A DNA stretch of 64,000 bases from a bacterium. GTDB lineage: Bacteria; Patescibacteriota; Minisyncoccia; UBA6257; 02-FULL-45-10c. The stretch is taken from the NCBI GenBank assembly GCA_030700025.1, contig JAUYKI010000015.1:28623-92622 (forward strand), given 5' to 3'. A program made the translations under genes and the position numbers. Under the pieces are notes generated by a model. The model ran no database searches. It saw only the letters and a list, made by a program, of their open reading frames with translations, and had not been told where the DNA came from. This document shows, one piece after another, positions 63,379 to 64,000 of this stretch. The number at the start of each line of letters is the position of its first letter. Within the stretch, counting starts at the first letter, position 1.

Positions 63379-64000
63379 ATGGAACCGCAAAAAGATTTTA
63401 AAACTTTAATCAACGAAGCGCTGGAGTTAAAAAATATAACTTGGACGCGGCTTTCCCAATTAACCGGCATTCCCGACCGCTACCTTACGGCGTTTCAAAA
63501 TTTAAATATCGGGCAATTGCCGGCCGCTCCCTATGTCCGCGGTTATCTGCAAAAAATCGCCCTGGTTCTGCATTTGAACGCCGAAGAGCTTTGGCAGCTC
63601 TACAAAAAAGAATTAACTCCAAAAACTTCCGGCGCTTTGGATAAATTGCCAGCTAACCGATTCGCTATCCAATCTCTAAATAAAAATATAGTAATTGTAG
63701 CGGTAATAATTGTATTGGGCTTGCTGTATATTCTGATCAACGCGAATAATATCTTCGGCGCCCCAGTATTGAAAATAATTTCTCCGGAAGCTTCCATTAT
63801 CTCCGTCACCGAACCAATAGTTAATTTAACCGGAAAATTCAATATCAAAGATAAATTAACTATTAACGGTGAAGAAACTCTGGGTAATGAAGGTGGCGAG
63901 TTTCAGGCGGATTTCCCCTTACAGCCCGGCTTAAATACGATAGAATTTAAAGTAAAGCGATTTTTAGGAAAAGAAACAGTAGTTCTACGGCAAGTATTAT
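63379..64000 (+). CDS. RodZ-like protein (N-terminal Xre-type HTH, a transmembrane helix, a C-terminal domain); 3'-partial at the window edge
   Basis: LTWTRLSQLTGIPDRYLTAFQN...PYVRGYLQKIA (RodZ HTH signature), then the hydrophobic IVIVAVIIVLGLLYIL. No stop occurs before the window end. Confidence 0.5.
   Translation, partial: MEPQKDFKTLINEALELKNITWTRLSQLTGIPDRYLTAFQNLNIGQLPAAPYVRGYLQKIALVLHLNAEELWQLYKKELTPKTSGALDKLPANRFAIQSLNKNIVIVAVIIVLGLLYILINANNIFGAPVLKIISPEASIISVTEPIVNLTGKFNIKDKLTINGEETLGNEGGEFQADFPLQPGLNTIEFKVKRFLGKETVVLRQVL

Noticed and set aside
1663-63848. Numerous short ORFs (60–150 aa) antisense to or nested within the large annotated genes. Examples: 1663..1857, 2917..3153, 10353..10616, 33882..34133, 43679..44287, 50214..50666, 51342..51872, 54753..54956, 55238..55444, 56621..57274, 57677..57907, 61857..62129, 62904..63314.
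   Set aside because: Each overlaps a longer ORF with strong family-level similarity on the other strand or in another frame. They have skewed amino-acid composition typical of antisense translation.
1-64000. Mobile-element boundary or genomic island delimited by an integrase, transposase or tRNA
   Set aside because: No integrase, transposase, recombinase or tRNA gene was recognised anywhere in the window. The TIR-bounded elements are too small to encode proteins.

Overview
This is an AT-rich bacterial window with tightly packed genes. The gene content (many GT-C membrane glycosyltransferases, a DGR, compact operons) makes a CPR/Patescibacteria-like genome a reasonable guess. That is inference only.

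**Main finding.** A complete diversity-generating retroelement lies at about 54.9–57.4 kb. It consists of:
- a reverse transcriptase with DGR-type motifs (54868..55929, minus strand);
- an Avd-like four-helix-bundle ORF on the opposite strand (55822..56181);
- a 128-nt template repeat (56209..56336);
- a matching variable repeat (56617..56744) forming the 3' end of a GC-rich target gene (56610..57347, minus strand).

TR and VR differ at 24 positions, and every one is an adenine in the TR coding sense. The TR translates as an Asn-rich string of AAY codons. A GC hairpin lies just downstream of the VR.

**Second unusual signal.** In-phase AT-rich heptanucleotide tandem arrays are embedded in coding sequences: three GT4 glycosyltransferase genes, a cysteine desulfurase and a phosphohexomutase. 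Three further arrays were not written out: one near the start of the GT-C-like membrane gene at 24582..25913 and two more inside the 30724..31929 GT4 gene.
- In the cysteine desulfurase, 15 heptamers (105 nt) encode a 35-aa insertion relative to E. coli IscS as recalled from memory.
- Two GT4 paralogues share the heptamer-encoded peptide QITNYKL.

**Glycosylation island (positions 1–46 kb).** It contains 9 polytopic ArnT/PMT-like membrane glycosyltransferase paralogues, 9 GT4 genes, 6 GT2 genes (Dpm1-like), several SAM-dependent methyltransferases, gmd, epimerases, a Gfo/Idh/MocA oxidoreductase, and a UDP-glucose-dehydrogenase-like/methyltransferase fusion. It ends at a 1211-aa Ser/Thr/Gly-rich secreted protein, the likely glycosylation substrate.

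Several slippage-prone tracts sit in this island:
- an (AG)9 tract that splits an FkbM-type methyltransferase gene; one extra unit restores the frame;
- a C8 tract at codons 2–4 of a GT-C-like membrane gene;
- a G10/C10 tract in the RT 5' region, where it overlaps the Avd ORF.

**Other features.**
- GC-richer palindromic elements bounded by terminal inverted repeats occur at 8–275 and 45814–46082. Elements bounded by inverted repeats also occur at 52711–52830 and 57475–57628.
- A perfect CIRCE operator (TTAGCACTC-N9-GAGTGCTAA) lies upstream of clpB.
- A phosphohexomutase gene is split by an independently expressed DUF2384-like small ORF.
- A cytidine-deaminase-fold gene is translationally coupled to a DUF1937/DUF4406-like gene.
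- A YkuK-like RNase-H-fold protein and a 3'-5' exonuclease sit next to the DGR.
- ftsK and a partial rodZ-like gene close the window.

No rRNA, tRNA, CRISPR array, transposase or integrase was recognised.
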